Positions 26,195-37,700 of a DNA stretch of 64,000 bases are shown piece by piece. A program made the position numbers and the translations under genes. The notes beneath the pieces are model-generated. The model saw only the letters and a program-made list of their open reading frames with translations. It made no database searches and was not told the DNA's origin. Source of the stretch: Dicyema japonicum (Eukaryota; Animalia; Dicyemida); the NCBI GenBank assembly GCA_011109175.1, contig RDEW01000001.1, positions 446,395 through 510,394 of the forward strand. The letters run 5' to 3'. Numbering within the stretch: the first letter of the stretch is position 1; the number at the start of each line of letters is the position of its first letter.

Positions 26195-27548
26195 CTAAAG
26201 CTCAGGATTAGGTTCCTCAGTGACCTCACCATCTACTTCATTGTCTGAAACATCAGGTTTATCATATTCTTCTTCTTCTTCTTCTGACTCATCGTCTCCC
26301 TCTGTTGGATCTTTCTGACCAGCCAGATCATTAGCTGTGTTGAATTCCTATCAAATTAGGTCATTTATTCACATTATATCTAGGTCTCAATTCTCTAGCA
26401 ATTGAGAGAGCGTATTCAGCGTCATCTGTCACCAGAAAGTTCGAAAACACTGACCCTGACTGCACTTGCCACACTTCCAAAGCTAGTGACCCTAGTCTTT
26501 GCTTCAGAGACTCCTCATCAGCAATAAAGTCATCATTCTTTTTAAAAGGTCTAACCCATGGTCCCTTATAGTCGGGATTTTGAATGTTTCTTGGTTTCCA
26601 AGGTCCCTATTTGTCAACTAAACTCCCCACAATGTATTCTGGGTTTCTCATAGTTGGCCTCTCCCACTCTCCGTCATTTTCATCATCCCAATCCTCTGGT
26701 TTATTTGCATCTGTATCCGGAATGAACTCTTCCTCTACCCAATTATCAGGTTTTGTCGAATCCTTGTCTTCAATCATCTCCTCATCGACCCAATCCTCAG
26801 GCTTTACAGCGTCTTTGTCCTGGAATTCCCATCCATCTCAAACCTCAATAGTCTTTCCATCCATCCCAAAGTCCAAGTCCTCCCAAAGATCCCCACTGAC
26901 ATTTTCAGTTCCATCAACATACACTGAGTACTTTAAGTCCTTCGTAACCACCATCGTGTAAATATGCGACCCAGTTTGATCCTTAAAAATTCAAAATGAC
27001 AATCTTACATAATGTTCAAGTACACTGCGGCGTTCAAGGTTCTTCCCTTGTATCTAAAAATCACGTGGATTTTCTTATTGCCACCACATTTGTCAGGTCC
27101 TAGGGATTAAGGTGAAAACATACCGAACATAAAAATGTAAGGAGAATCAGAGTTGATATTTCGGAGGTCCGATCCTTCAGGGAAGACCTTCAAATAGGTT
27201 CCCCCACAATCAAGAGATTGTTTGTTGTGCACAGCATATTGCAGAACTAGGCCTTTCTCATCGAATTGGAGTGGCTGGTCGAATTTCAAAGAGGCAGTGT
27301 AAAATTTAGAGTCCTCACTCGTTTGGACACCTTCAGTGAGTTTTACCTTTACCAGAATCAGTCATATTATAGGTTTCGGTACCATTGAAAAATACTAATT
27401 TCCCGAAATCTGATTTTGCAGTCGAATAAATCCAATGCTGTTCAAAGTCAGCTAATAATTAATAATTTCTTTAACAATTTGGAGTGTATTCTAGGTAAAC
27501 AACCTCATGAGAGGCGGAAAAAAGGAAGAAGAGAGCGAATAATGTCAT
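26195..27548 (-). CDS. CALR: Calreticulin, ~388-394 aa, 8 exons
   Basis: Signal peptide, KSDFGK, DCGGTYLKVFP, MFGPDKCG..KKIHVIF, KPEDW repeats, GPWKPRNIQNPDYKGPW, LEVWQVQSGSVFSNFLVTDD, acidic tail ending NPEL. Introns 27452-27475, 27331-27352, 27100-27123, 26982-27008/27025 (unresolved), 26820-26843, 26607-26630, 26348-26372. Confidence 0.95.
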
Positions 27549-28379
27549 CTCATGAAACACGTATTATTATCTATTGATTAATAACAAAATAGGTTATCCA
27601 ATCTTTAGTCTTTTTAAATATAATTAAACTAATTTATATTATAATTATTATAATTAAGATTTCATATAGCATCGGTAAAATGTGTCTACTTAGTCGATCG
27701 TTTTTTACCTTTGCTTTGTCTTCATTTGTTTAATTGTGTCATCTCATGTGCTCCTCTTGTCTCTAGTGGTGTGGAAGCACTCGGTCAAAGAGAACTATCC
27801 CCTATTCTACTAGATGGATGGATTACCGCAACAGTGGTTTCGTAATGATTTGTACGCGCTTGGAAGGAATTGTCTCTCAGGTAACTGGATAGACTTGATT
27901 AGTTGTCATCTTCTCGTTGTATCTGTGGTTAACCAAAAATTGCGATATAGAATATATAAATTTATTTCAAACTCAAATACTAATCAAAGTTAGAAGAATC
28001 CAAAAAACTTATTAATTAGTTAGTCTGATTAGTCTATAGTTGAGGGATTCTCCTCAATTGGATGATCATTTATCTTCCATGTGACTGGTGAGTCGAATGA
28101 TACTCCTAGGATCTTATGGATTCACATATAAGGAATAGGAATGTTTCCGAAGAGTATTTCGAGTCCACCTTTAAATATCCTGTCCGTAGTTAATACAGAC
28201 ATCAAATTTGCGGTCACACACCTGGTTGAGGTGTAACTAAACCACCAACACAGTCCTGGAAGAAGATTTTTCTTTTAATTTTTTGAATGACTAGCTTTTC
28301 CAGTTGCTTTGAAATTAAAAAGTAAAAGCAAGAGTGAAGAAACTCAGGCCAGTAATTCTTATGAACAGCATACAGAATG

Positions 28380-28950
28380 TGCTTGCAATTATTACTCTAC
28401 AAAGGATAAAACCTCGTACTGAACAATTTTTATCCGAGTTCCACAGCGGCTTTTGAGAAGGAAGGTCGACTTCTGACATTGTGTGGAGACATAGATGTCG
28501 TTGTTCCACTATTCAAAGGTTTTAAAACGCGACAAACATTCTTGGAATTGATATGTCAAAAGCTTCTGACTCAATCAATCGTCAGAAATTGTTGGATGTC
28601 CTCACAGAATTCCTTGACGAATCTTCTAGCCGGATGGTCAGGGAACCTTTACCAGAAACTTACCTATCGGTCAGGGTACGGGACAAGTGCTCTAAACCAT
28701 TTGAAACAACATCTGGGACACCTCAAGGGGATCCGTTATCTCCCATACTATTTGTCATATTCCTGGAAGCTGCATTGAGGGAGCTAAAACCATATTATGA
28801 AGCAAAAAACCGATGTGATGGCTTATGCGGATGAAGTGGATTTCATTTCTCTCGACATGAATTCTCTGAAAAACCTATCGGAGGGGATGCCAAATAAACT
28901 TGCCGAGTGATTCCTCAATGTAAATGTGGAGAAAGCAGAAAAGTACCTTA
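28380..28950 (+). mobile_element. RTE-X-like RT fragment
   Basis: IDMSKASDSINRQKLLDVL, GTPQGDPLSPILFVIFLEAALREL, MAYADEVDF. Confidence 0.85.
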
Positions 28951-29448
28951 GATTCAACAAAATGATAGTTCAAATCGTTTAAAAGATAAAAATAAAAATC
29001 TCAGAATATCCGAGTTAGTTTTAAAGTTCCAAAATTAAAATTGTGTCATGTAACCTGATATGACCTAATCCTTAATAGGTAGTCAGATTGAACCGACGAA
29101 AGGTCAAATCCAACCTGATAATTATTTTGTGCAGTAAAAAAATTTAACTATGTCAATGGTACCACATTCTCAGCACACAGTAGCTTTCAATGTAGCATTA
29201 CTTTCTGATTCTCAAGAAAACATCATTTGTTATCTTAATGTTCAGTCAATGTATGAAATTAGGATATATTTTGGAGATCATTCATGTAATGGAATACATA
29301 AATGTTCCTGCCCTTTCGTTGGTTTTCATGTAATCGTGGAAAAACTGCATACAATTGTAACTACAGACACATTATAAGACTAGCATTGGAATAGTCATCC
29401 AAGGTACTTCACCCTGGAGAGAAGTTAAATTTGTTGGCTACAATTGTA

Positions 29449-29948
29449 ATAATGGAACTAAAAAATGAGATTAAGAAAATGGAGAGTTGCAATAAAATCC
29501 AGACTGGTTAATGCAATCGTGGTCCCGGTTTTTCTATACGGCGCGGAATCATAGATACTGAAAAAGGCGGATAGACGAAAAATTGATGCTTTTGAACTGT
29601 GGTGCTGGAGGAGGTTACTAAGAATCCCTTAGACTTCCAAAATAACAAACACCGATGAACTCAAACGGTTGGAGACGGACATTTCTCTAAAAGGAAGAAT
29701 CGTAAAACACAGATTGGCGTTTTTGGGCATGTTGTCCGCTCTGATTCCCTGGAAAGAACCATTATGCTGAGCAATATTACTGGAAAGAGAAGACCTGGTC
29801 GACCGAGGACACGGTGGCTATCTAAGTTGGAAGACGTCACGGGAATGCCTATATCAAGGTTACTCCAAATTGCAACGAATCGGGGAGAGTGGAGGAAACT
29901 TGTTCATGAGATCTCCAAAGGTCGGACACGATTTAATTGGGTAACATA
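29449..29948 (+). mobile_element. RTE-clade 3' fragment with 9-bp target-site duplication
   Basis: Same family as 2829-4720 (RRPGRPRTRW); TAACATAAC tail; ACAATTGTA at 29440-29448 and 29949-29957. Confidence 0.9.
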
Positions 29949-31029
29949 ACAATTGTAGGTGGTTTTCTCTACGAACAGATGCAAGTATTTATTAAGTATT
30001 TATTAATTTGCTTGGTAGTGTCTACGGACAAGCGCCAAACTTACGTTCTCAGTTCCTTCTACTGATCCTCTGCAGAAGGTTGAGTAGTTTTCGTTAATAA
30101 ACGTTTCTATCAATTATCCATAGGTTAATCAGTCGTGTGGTTATGCTGGTGACGTACTGATATGTATTCATCTCCTAAAGATAGAAACAACCTTTCGTCC
30201 CTCTTTTTGTCTGAATAGGTGAAATGAATGACTCAGAAGACAAAAACGAAGCGTCGGATACATTATGTTTAAAGTTATAAGAACTTGGGCAATTAATTAT
30301 TAAACGTTTAAATTAATAATTCCCACAATTACGTAACTACGAATCACTCAGGAAAACTACGAATTCGTTTATATTGAGATGGAGACTTCCGAGGTGTTGG
30401 AGACACCTTTCTCTTCAATATCGAACGAACGATCAGTTTTGACCACGTGTCGTAGTTTGGCGACCAATTAGTGAATGTTAGTCTAAATTATGTGAGGATA
30501 AATAAGAATATCAGTGCAAACGTTAAAATTTTATAAATTAACCTCACATAGCTCCGACATAAAAATTATCCTGAAAATTAGGTCAAGTGAAAAGAATTTG
30601 CTAATAAATGATTTCAAGTTAATGAAATCCGATTCCATAAAAAATGAAATTTGTATTAATCAATACATAAGTGTCAGAGATCACTTAGTTTAGGACATTC
30701 ATCACTTTACTGATTAGAGTTCTGAGAAGGGAAACTCCCAAATATTCAAGTGAATGGAAGATTTCAAGGCTAAGGTGAATCTTAAGAGGCTTATAGGACC
30801 AGAGATACACCAGACGTAAGCCGAAGAAAAATAATATCTTGCTAACCTTTGGTCTCCTTTGACTTCTTGGATGATGACATACTTAACATAATCAGGATAT
30901 TTTAGTGCAATCGCGATAGTTCAATAATCGAATTTGACAACCAAGATGGCTATACCAAAGTGTTAATTACATGGTGTTACCTTTGCTCACCTACGATACA
31001 CCTTCCTGCTATTTTAGCGATGAAAGGGA

Positions 31030-31350
31030 TCAGTGGAAATCCTGAATAAAGTTATAAGTACGGCATGTATAAAGAATTTATGGCTAAACACGAAAGTCAT
31101 CAGTAACAAACTAAGGATACTGTTGTATAACTCGGTTGTCAAACCTATACAACGCTGGGACTTGGGTACCTCACCATAGGAAGGGAAGAAACTGGACTCT
31201 CCAAAAAATCACTTGAAAAAGAGAGAGATCAGGCCTGTCGACCAGGTGTAAGCCAATAAGCCTGAGATAATAGAGTTTCTTTGAAGACTATTGGGCACAA
31301 TCTGAGAATGAAGTTGACATCCTCATCGAGGTAGGCCAAGAATGACTCTG
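31030..31350 (+). mobile_element. RTE-X-like C-terminal remnant
   Basis: KNLWLNTKVISNKLRILLYNSVVKP resembles the region at 14650-14750. Confidence 0.5.
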
Positions 31351-31499
31351 CGGTCGTCGTCATACAAAAGGACTTGATAACCTTTAAAAAAAAATTGAAA
31401 ACCGCGATTTTAGCGGAAAAGTCGATATTCGGAGTCTTCACAAAATCCCTGGAATCCACCCAACCATTAATTAGCTTAGTGACTTCCTCAATTGCCTTC

Positions 31500-31700
31500 T
31501 TCCATACACTATCGAAATATCTACAATCATACAGAAATTTTGAGCCGATGCCACGTCCAATGAGAAGAGCTGTTCAGGATTCTCGACCCCGCCGAACTCG
31601 TCCTTTCCTTTGTCGTCTGGATCACTTAGTTAGTTGAGAACTTTTTATTTCTGTCTCTTTGACCCAGTGATCCTGGAGGTAATAATGACAATAATAAATT
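31500..31700 (+). mobile_element. Ingi/Vingi-like 3' terminal fragment
   Basis: Near copy of the reverse complement of 6465-6640 (YLQSYRNFEPMP.PMRR.VQDSRP), with a TAATAA-type tail. Confidence 0.85.
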
Positions 31701-31789
31701 ATTATTTATTTATTATTTAATAACCCCGAAAAGGGAACACCAAGAAAGAAGGAGTAATCCAACTAATTAAGTGAGTTGAATTTTCTCGT

Positions 31790-31851
31790 GGCGTCATGTG
31801 GTTCACCTTTTGTGGTGGCGCTCAGTGTAATAATACACCAAAAAGAACCAT
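31790..31851 (+). ncRNA. Predicted HDV-like self-cleaving ribozyme at the element 5' end
   Basis: P1 31790-95/31817-22 with a first G-U wobble, P2 31798-804/31845-51, P3 ACC/GGT around L3 TTTTGT, P4 GTGTA/TACAC, candidate catalytic C31839. P1.1 is non-canonical. Confidence 0.7.
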
Positions 31852-31947
31852 TTGCTCTTCCCCATCCAGACTCTTATGCCTGGATGGTATACCTCAACTG
31901 GAAACTCGAGATGTTGTTTGCTCCCCTGGATTCTATTGCTTTCTGGA

Positions 31948-31971
31948 GATATTGAACAAAACCCCGGACCA
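31948..31971 (+). other. 2A-like StopGo (ribosome-skipping) motif DIEQNPG-P
   Basis: Exact D(V/I)ExNPGP consensus preceded by ILLLSG, in frame with the endonuclease domain. Confidence 0.85.
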
Positions 31972-34744
31972 AAACCCCTTGTTATTATGCAACTCAATGC
32001 TAACGGAATAAAAACAAAGATTCTGGAGTTACGATCTTTATTAACGAAGCACAAGATTGACATCTGCCTTATCTAGGAGTCAAAACTTTTTACAAAGAAT
32101 ACAACCCCACTTTTTCCTTGATACATCTCTATCAGAAAAGGCCGTATCGGACGTGGTGGCGGATTACTCTTATTAATAAAAACGGTTTATCTTCGACTAT
32201 GTAGCTCGCAAGTGGATGATTTAATTTTACACGACAAGACCGCGGAACAAATTTCTATTGATCTTATTAATAGGTCAGAACATCTTATTCTAATCAACTT
32301 TTACATTCCACCGCCGGGATCCTGTCCTAATAACTATGTTCCGAAGCTCGACAAACTACAAGAAATTCGAAATGTGTTACTATGTGGGGATTTCAATGAC
32401 AAACATCCGCATTGGCTTAGTACTCAGTCGGCAGACAAGAGGGGGAGTCTAATTATCGACTCTCTCAAAAAAATGGTGATTCTGAATCACCCGAATATGT
32501 TCACAAGGACATCTATCCGAAGAAATGACAACCCAACCTCCCCCGACATATCCATTGCTTCCTCTAGGATTGTCCCGAAGATTTCATGGAACGTCTCCTA
32601 GGATTTTTATAGTGATCATAATCCAATCATATTAAAACTGAGCCGATTCAATAACTCGCGTAGAATTAAAGCAACCTTCAAGGTCTACAAGAAAGCTGAC
32701 TGGTCGAATTTCAAGCTCTTCATTGACAATAACCTAATACACTTTGATCCCACCTCATTTTGCTCCATCGACAAAGCAGTGGACCATCTAAACCATGTAA
32801 TCCTTCAAGCTGAAAAGTTGTTTGTACCACGTGCAGTTTACAAATCCTACAAGCCTACTCTGGACTCGGAGACTCGTCTCCTCATCAAACAAAGAAACTC
32901 CCTGAAGATGAATCATCTGCAAACCTCTTCTGATTTGCAAAATATAAAATGCTTAAATCAGAGAAAAGAAAGATAGGGCGTGGAAGCGCCTATTATCATC
33001 TATTGGACATATGAAATCCACGAGTCTTTTATGGAAAACTATTCGTCGAATCAAGCTAAACTTATCAGATGAATCAGAATCTTTTTCTGCTCCAAATACT
33101 GTGCAAGCTAACAACCTAATGAAATATTACGCATCCATAAGCCACAAGGACTTCTCGAAATCCATTCTTGTCACTTTCGGAATTTAGTGCCTAAACCAAC
33201 TTCATGGATCAATCTGTTTACGCATGCCGAGGTCACACAGGCTATAAGATCGATGAAGAGATCTTTTACGTGTGGACCTGACGGCATCCCGGGAATTTTG
33301 TTAAAACACCTTGGTAATGCTGCAATCAATTCAATTACGTCAATTTTTAATTTGTCTTCTAACATGAACGTCATCCCATGCAAATGGAAAAACTCACTTA
33401 TAATACCGATCCTTAAACCAGGAAAACCGAAAACCTTACCTTCTTCCTACCGTCCAATTTCATTAACGTGCGCATTATCGCGCCTAATGGAGAAACTCGT
33501 ACTCTGGAAAATTAAACCCCATTTGCCCGACTGCCACTTTCAACATGGTTTCAAATGTGAGCGTTCAACTACGACACATTTGACTTCACTGTCTCAATTT
33601 ATATCAGAAGGGTTCAACGTAGCGAAACGCCATCTACGGACAATAATGGTTTCCTGGATATCCAGAAGGCGTTCGATTCTGTCTCGAGAATATTACTCAC
33701 GAAGAAGGTTTTTGACACCACCATTCAGACGGATTTGAAAGATGGATAGCCAATTTTCTCTCCGGAAGAAGAGGACGTGTCTGTATAGGCCACGCAAGAT
33801 CGAGGTCCCGTCTCCTACCAAATGGCGTCCCTCAAGGATCGCCCCTTCTCCGGCATTATTCAACTTGTTCCTCAACGATTTACCCTGCCCTGGAGGACCA
33901 GATTCAATGCTTCTCACTTATGCTGACGACCTAATCATCGCTAGCAGGAACAAATACGTGGGTACAGCAAAATCAGAGCTTCAGTCACATATTGACGACC
34001 TGGGAGCCTGGTTGAAGTTGAATCGTCTCTCCGTATCCAGGGACAAATCAACATATACAATCTTCACCACGGACAGAAAAGAAAAACATACACTTGATTT
34101 GAACATTTTGGAGACTCCTTACCACTACAGACTCGTCCAACTATCCTGGGAGTGACATTTGACCTTTGATGTCATTTTCTCAACATGTGAAGAACGTTAT
34201 GACAAAGGGTCTCAGGAAACTTAATATAATCAAACCGCTCTTGAAGTCAAACCTTCACAGGAATGCGCCCTCGTCGTGTTCAATCAACTCCTAAAACCGA
34301 CGATTGAGTACGCCTGTGCCTCATGGGCCTATGGAGCTTCGATATCAAATTCACTCAAGATCAATACCCTAATTGGAAAACTAGCACGTCAAACGAATCT
34401 ACCCCCGATCTTTTCCCTCCAATGCTTGACCACGCCGCAATCAAAAATAATGGCTCCGGCTTCATCTGTCTGTGTGGCCAAGAAACAAGTCGTTTCTTCC
34501 ATTCAAGGCTAAAGGCTTCAAATACTCGAAATTTGGGGAAAAACCCCACTCCTCTTCAAACCCTAATGAAAGATGATCGTCGTTTATTCAGGAAAGCCGT
34601 GGGTACTCTGGAGGAACACAGGAAAAACCTCTCGATCCTGTTGAGGCGTACCGGATCACAATAATAAATGCCTCCTTCAGACCATCCGTGACCGCTATTA
34701 TAATTTAAAAATAATAATTAAATATAAATTTAAAGCCACTTTAT

Positions 34745-37700
34745 TTAACCAACAATAAAAAGTTAATATTTAATAATCAACAACCTTCCTCGCCTGCCTG
34801 TTAGCCAGCCTCCTCAAGCAGGTTCGATACTGGTTGCAGAAACAACTCCAGAGCGCCTTGTCCAATTGAACTCTCTGCCTATATGGCCTCTCCGGGCTCT
34901 GCCTACTATACTCCAGTGTCAGGCTCTCTAGGGTCCGCTTTAATACAGTGGACTGTAGATAGGCCTGGAGCTTCCTATCTACCCCTAACTGCTTCAGATA
35001 ACCCTTGTAGTACTTTGTTGCAATTCCTTCCCACGTCATTATTATATGAATAACGAGGACCTTGCAACCAAGCATCTGCCCCATCTCGTTTGCAAGCAAG
35101 TCATACTTCCTTTTTTTCTCCACCTCCACAGTCTGCAAACGGTCTTGAGACGTAATGCCAACCTCTATGATAAGGACTTGGCCAGACTCCTTATCGTGTA
35201 CCACAATGTCTGGTTTATTGTGCTTGACTAGCACCGAGGTACGGATAACACTGTCTACCTTAATTTGGACCCTGGTGTTCTCTACTACAGATTGCACCTT
35301 ATGAGTCCGCAACTTTCTGGTGTGGCGAATACCATACTTATTGCATAGTAGAAGATGAAGACTCCTTACTACCTCGTTATGCCTCTACACATAGTCGTGG
35401 CAGAGCATGGATCCACATCGAGTGGCTAAATGATCAACCGACATGCTCCTTGACTTACAGTGGGGACATGTATTTGTTGATCGACCCCAAAAAATATTGC
35501 GGTCTTGCATATACGTGTACAACGCCTCCGATCGAGGTGAGTTGTCACCGTATTTTAGCCATATTGTCGACGACTTAAGGTCGACATGTGGGTTGTCCAA
35601 TGCTCTGAAGAGGACCTTATGAAGGCTTTTTAAGTTGATCTTTTCCATCAAATTATTATATTGTAATTCGATCAACGCCTTCACATTTACTAGCCCACCA
35701 TCATCAACACCATACTTAGCAGACAAAAAAGGTCTGATAGTGCCTAGGTGGGTTGCCCGTGTTTTCTCGGTCGTTATTATGGCGTGCTTCCTAGCAGACA
35801 CACTTGACCCAGCTATCAGGGTGTCGTGCATTCGCATTAGGATACGCTCACTTAGTTGGACTACTCCACACAGTCCACGGCCGAATTTATCACGGGGTAA
35901 ATATAGTCTCTCCTTATTGGCTGCCAACACATGGACATGGTTCTCTCTGAGTACTCCACGGATCATAACATCCATCTCATCATACTCTTTGGGCTCAAAC
36001 TCCACAACACCTATGTAGTAGTTTAGCAGCGAGACAGCATACTCATTTAATGCTAGGAACAAATTCCTTGCATTTAGAGACGTCTTACACAATAACGCTG
36101 CTCTTTTACGGATGCCTTCAGTAATTTGTCGCTTTGTCTCAGGCATTATAAGGGACTTTGGAGATTCGGTAACACCCAGATACTTATATCCTTCGTGTTC
36201 CTCTAGGACTCTTACTAACTCGCTACATACTTGCGTGTTAGTCGCAGACTTTGAATAAATCAAATCTAGCCTATACTCTCAAAGAATTCCCTGGCACAGA
36301 CTCCCATGGAGTAGAGCTCCTCGGCTGTTTGAGCATACATCTTCAGGTCATCGATAAAAAGAAGGTGATTTGTGCTAAAGCAACCCCTTCACAATGAACT
36401 GGTATTTGCTCAAACCGGTCATTGAGGCGGATACTCAATGGCTCCAAACAGATAATAAAGAGAAGCGGAGACATTATCCCCCTGAAAGATCCCCCTCTTA
36501 AGTTTTACCTCGCCTATCCGGTACCTATTATAGTTCAGATGAATTACTCCACCTATTCATCACAGCCACTACAAAGCTGATGAACCACACAGGCATACAC
36601 AGGCTGTGTAGGCACTCGACAAGGTAAGAATGATCAACTGAATCGTAAGCCTTCTTCACATCCACCCACATAGACAAATGTGAGTTTCCGTGAGACATAG
36701 AAAGGCATTTGTTGATCAAAGCCTGCTCTTTTGCCCCCTGACAATTTCGCACAGTACCCAACTAATTCTCGGAGAATCCCATTTGCTTCTACAAAGCTCC
36801 TGACCTCATTAGCCACCAATTTGGTCATCAGTTTATACAGGGTTGGCATGCAGGTTATCGGTCGATAATCTGCAGCAGATTGGGGTTGTCCAGCTTTGGG
36901 ATCAAAATAAGTTGTCCCTGTGCATGCCCAATCAGGAATCGTTTCCGGTTAGTGATGCTTTCTGTAATACACGACACATAGACTCGTGCGATGAAATGCA
37001 TCTTTTGATAAAGAAATTATAAACTTTATCGTCCCCGGTCGTTTTCCAATCAGGGAGATGTCTCACTACCGCCTCAAACTTCTTGCGGAAATCGAAAATT
37101 CCGCACAATTCCGCCAAGAAAAGAGCGGCGCTGTACGGGACATTCCACGCATTACCTCTGCGTGGTTTAGCCTCCCACATACTACCCATGGTGGCTTAGT
37201 GGTTAGGTGTCGGGCTTAAGTGGCTTAGGTTACGGGTTCGAATTTCGCTGCTGTTCACCTGGTGGAAGGTTCCACGCATCTACGATGCAGAAATGGTTTG
37301 ACGAGTGACGCCGTCATCAGTGAATACTCACTGCGGAACTGGATTGTCTAGAAAGGACACTCACACAAGAAAAAGAAAAAAGAAGTGAAGATCATTTCTT
37401 GGTTCTACGATTAGTTAAAATTAACTGTTCTTTACTTAAATGTGTGTCCTGCCTATGTGGAGCTATAAAATACTATGGCTCTCGTGAAAAGGCTTTATTA
37501 TTATATTATACTACCCCATGTGGAAAGCATTTCCGCGTCCTGCTGGGAACATACACTATGGCCATTTTCGTGTAGGCGGCGGTAAAACAATCTGCGATTA
37601 AACTTAAACAGATATTTTATCTCCTTCTCTTACACCGACTTTCATGTTTTTAGAGTTTCTTCTTATACACCATTATTGCCCCCTCTAATCCCACTTTGCC

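Larger units (their letters stand above)
31790..34720 (+). mobile_element. Full-length ~2.9 kb Ingi/Vingi-like non-LTR retrotransposon (single ORF: 2A, APE endonuclease, RT), inactivated
   Basis: LLLSGDIEQNPGP, IMQLNANG, INFYIPP, LCGDFNDKHPHW, TSPDIS, SYRPISLTCALSRLMEK, QHGFK, YADD, CLCG near the C-terminus; no ORF1 and no RNase H seen; several stops and frameshifts. Clade is inferred from architecture. Confidence 0.9.

Noticed and set aside
37190-37250. tRNA gene
   Set aside because: A and B boxes are present but there is no acceptor stem or clean anticodon arm, and the sequence continues into a repeated body with tail and target-site duplication, so it is a SINE head.
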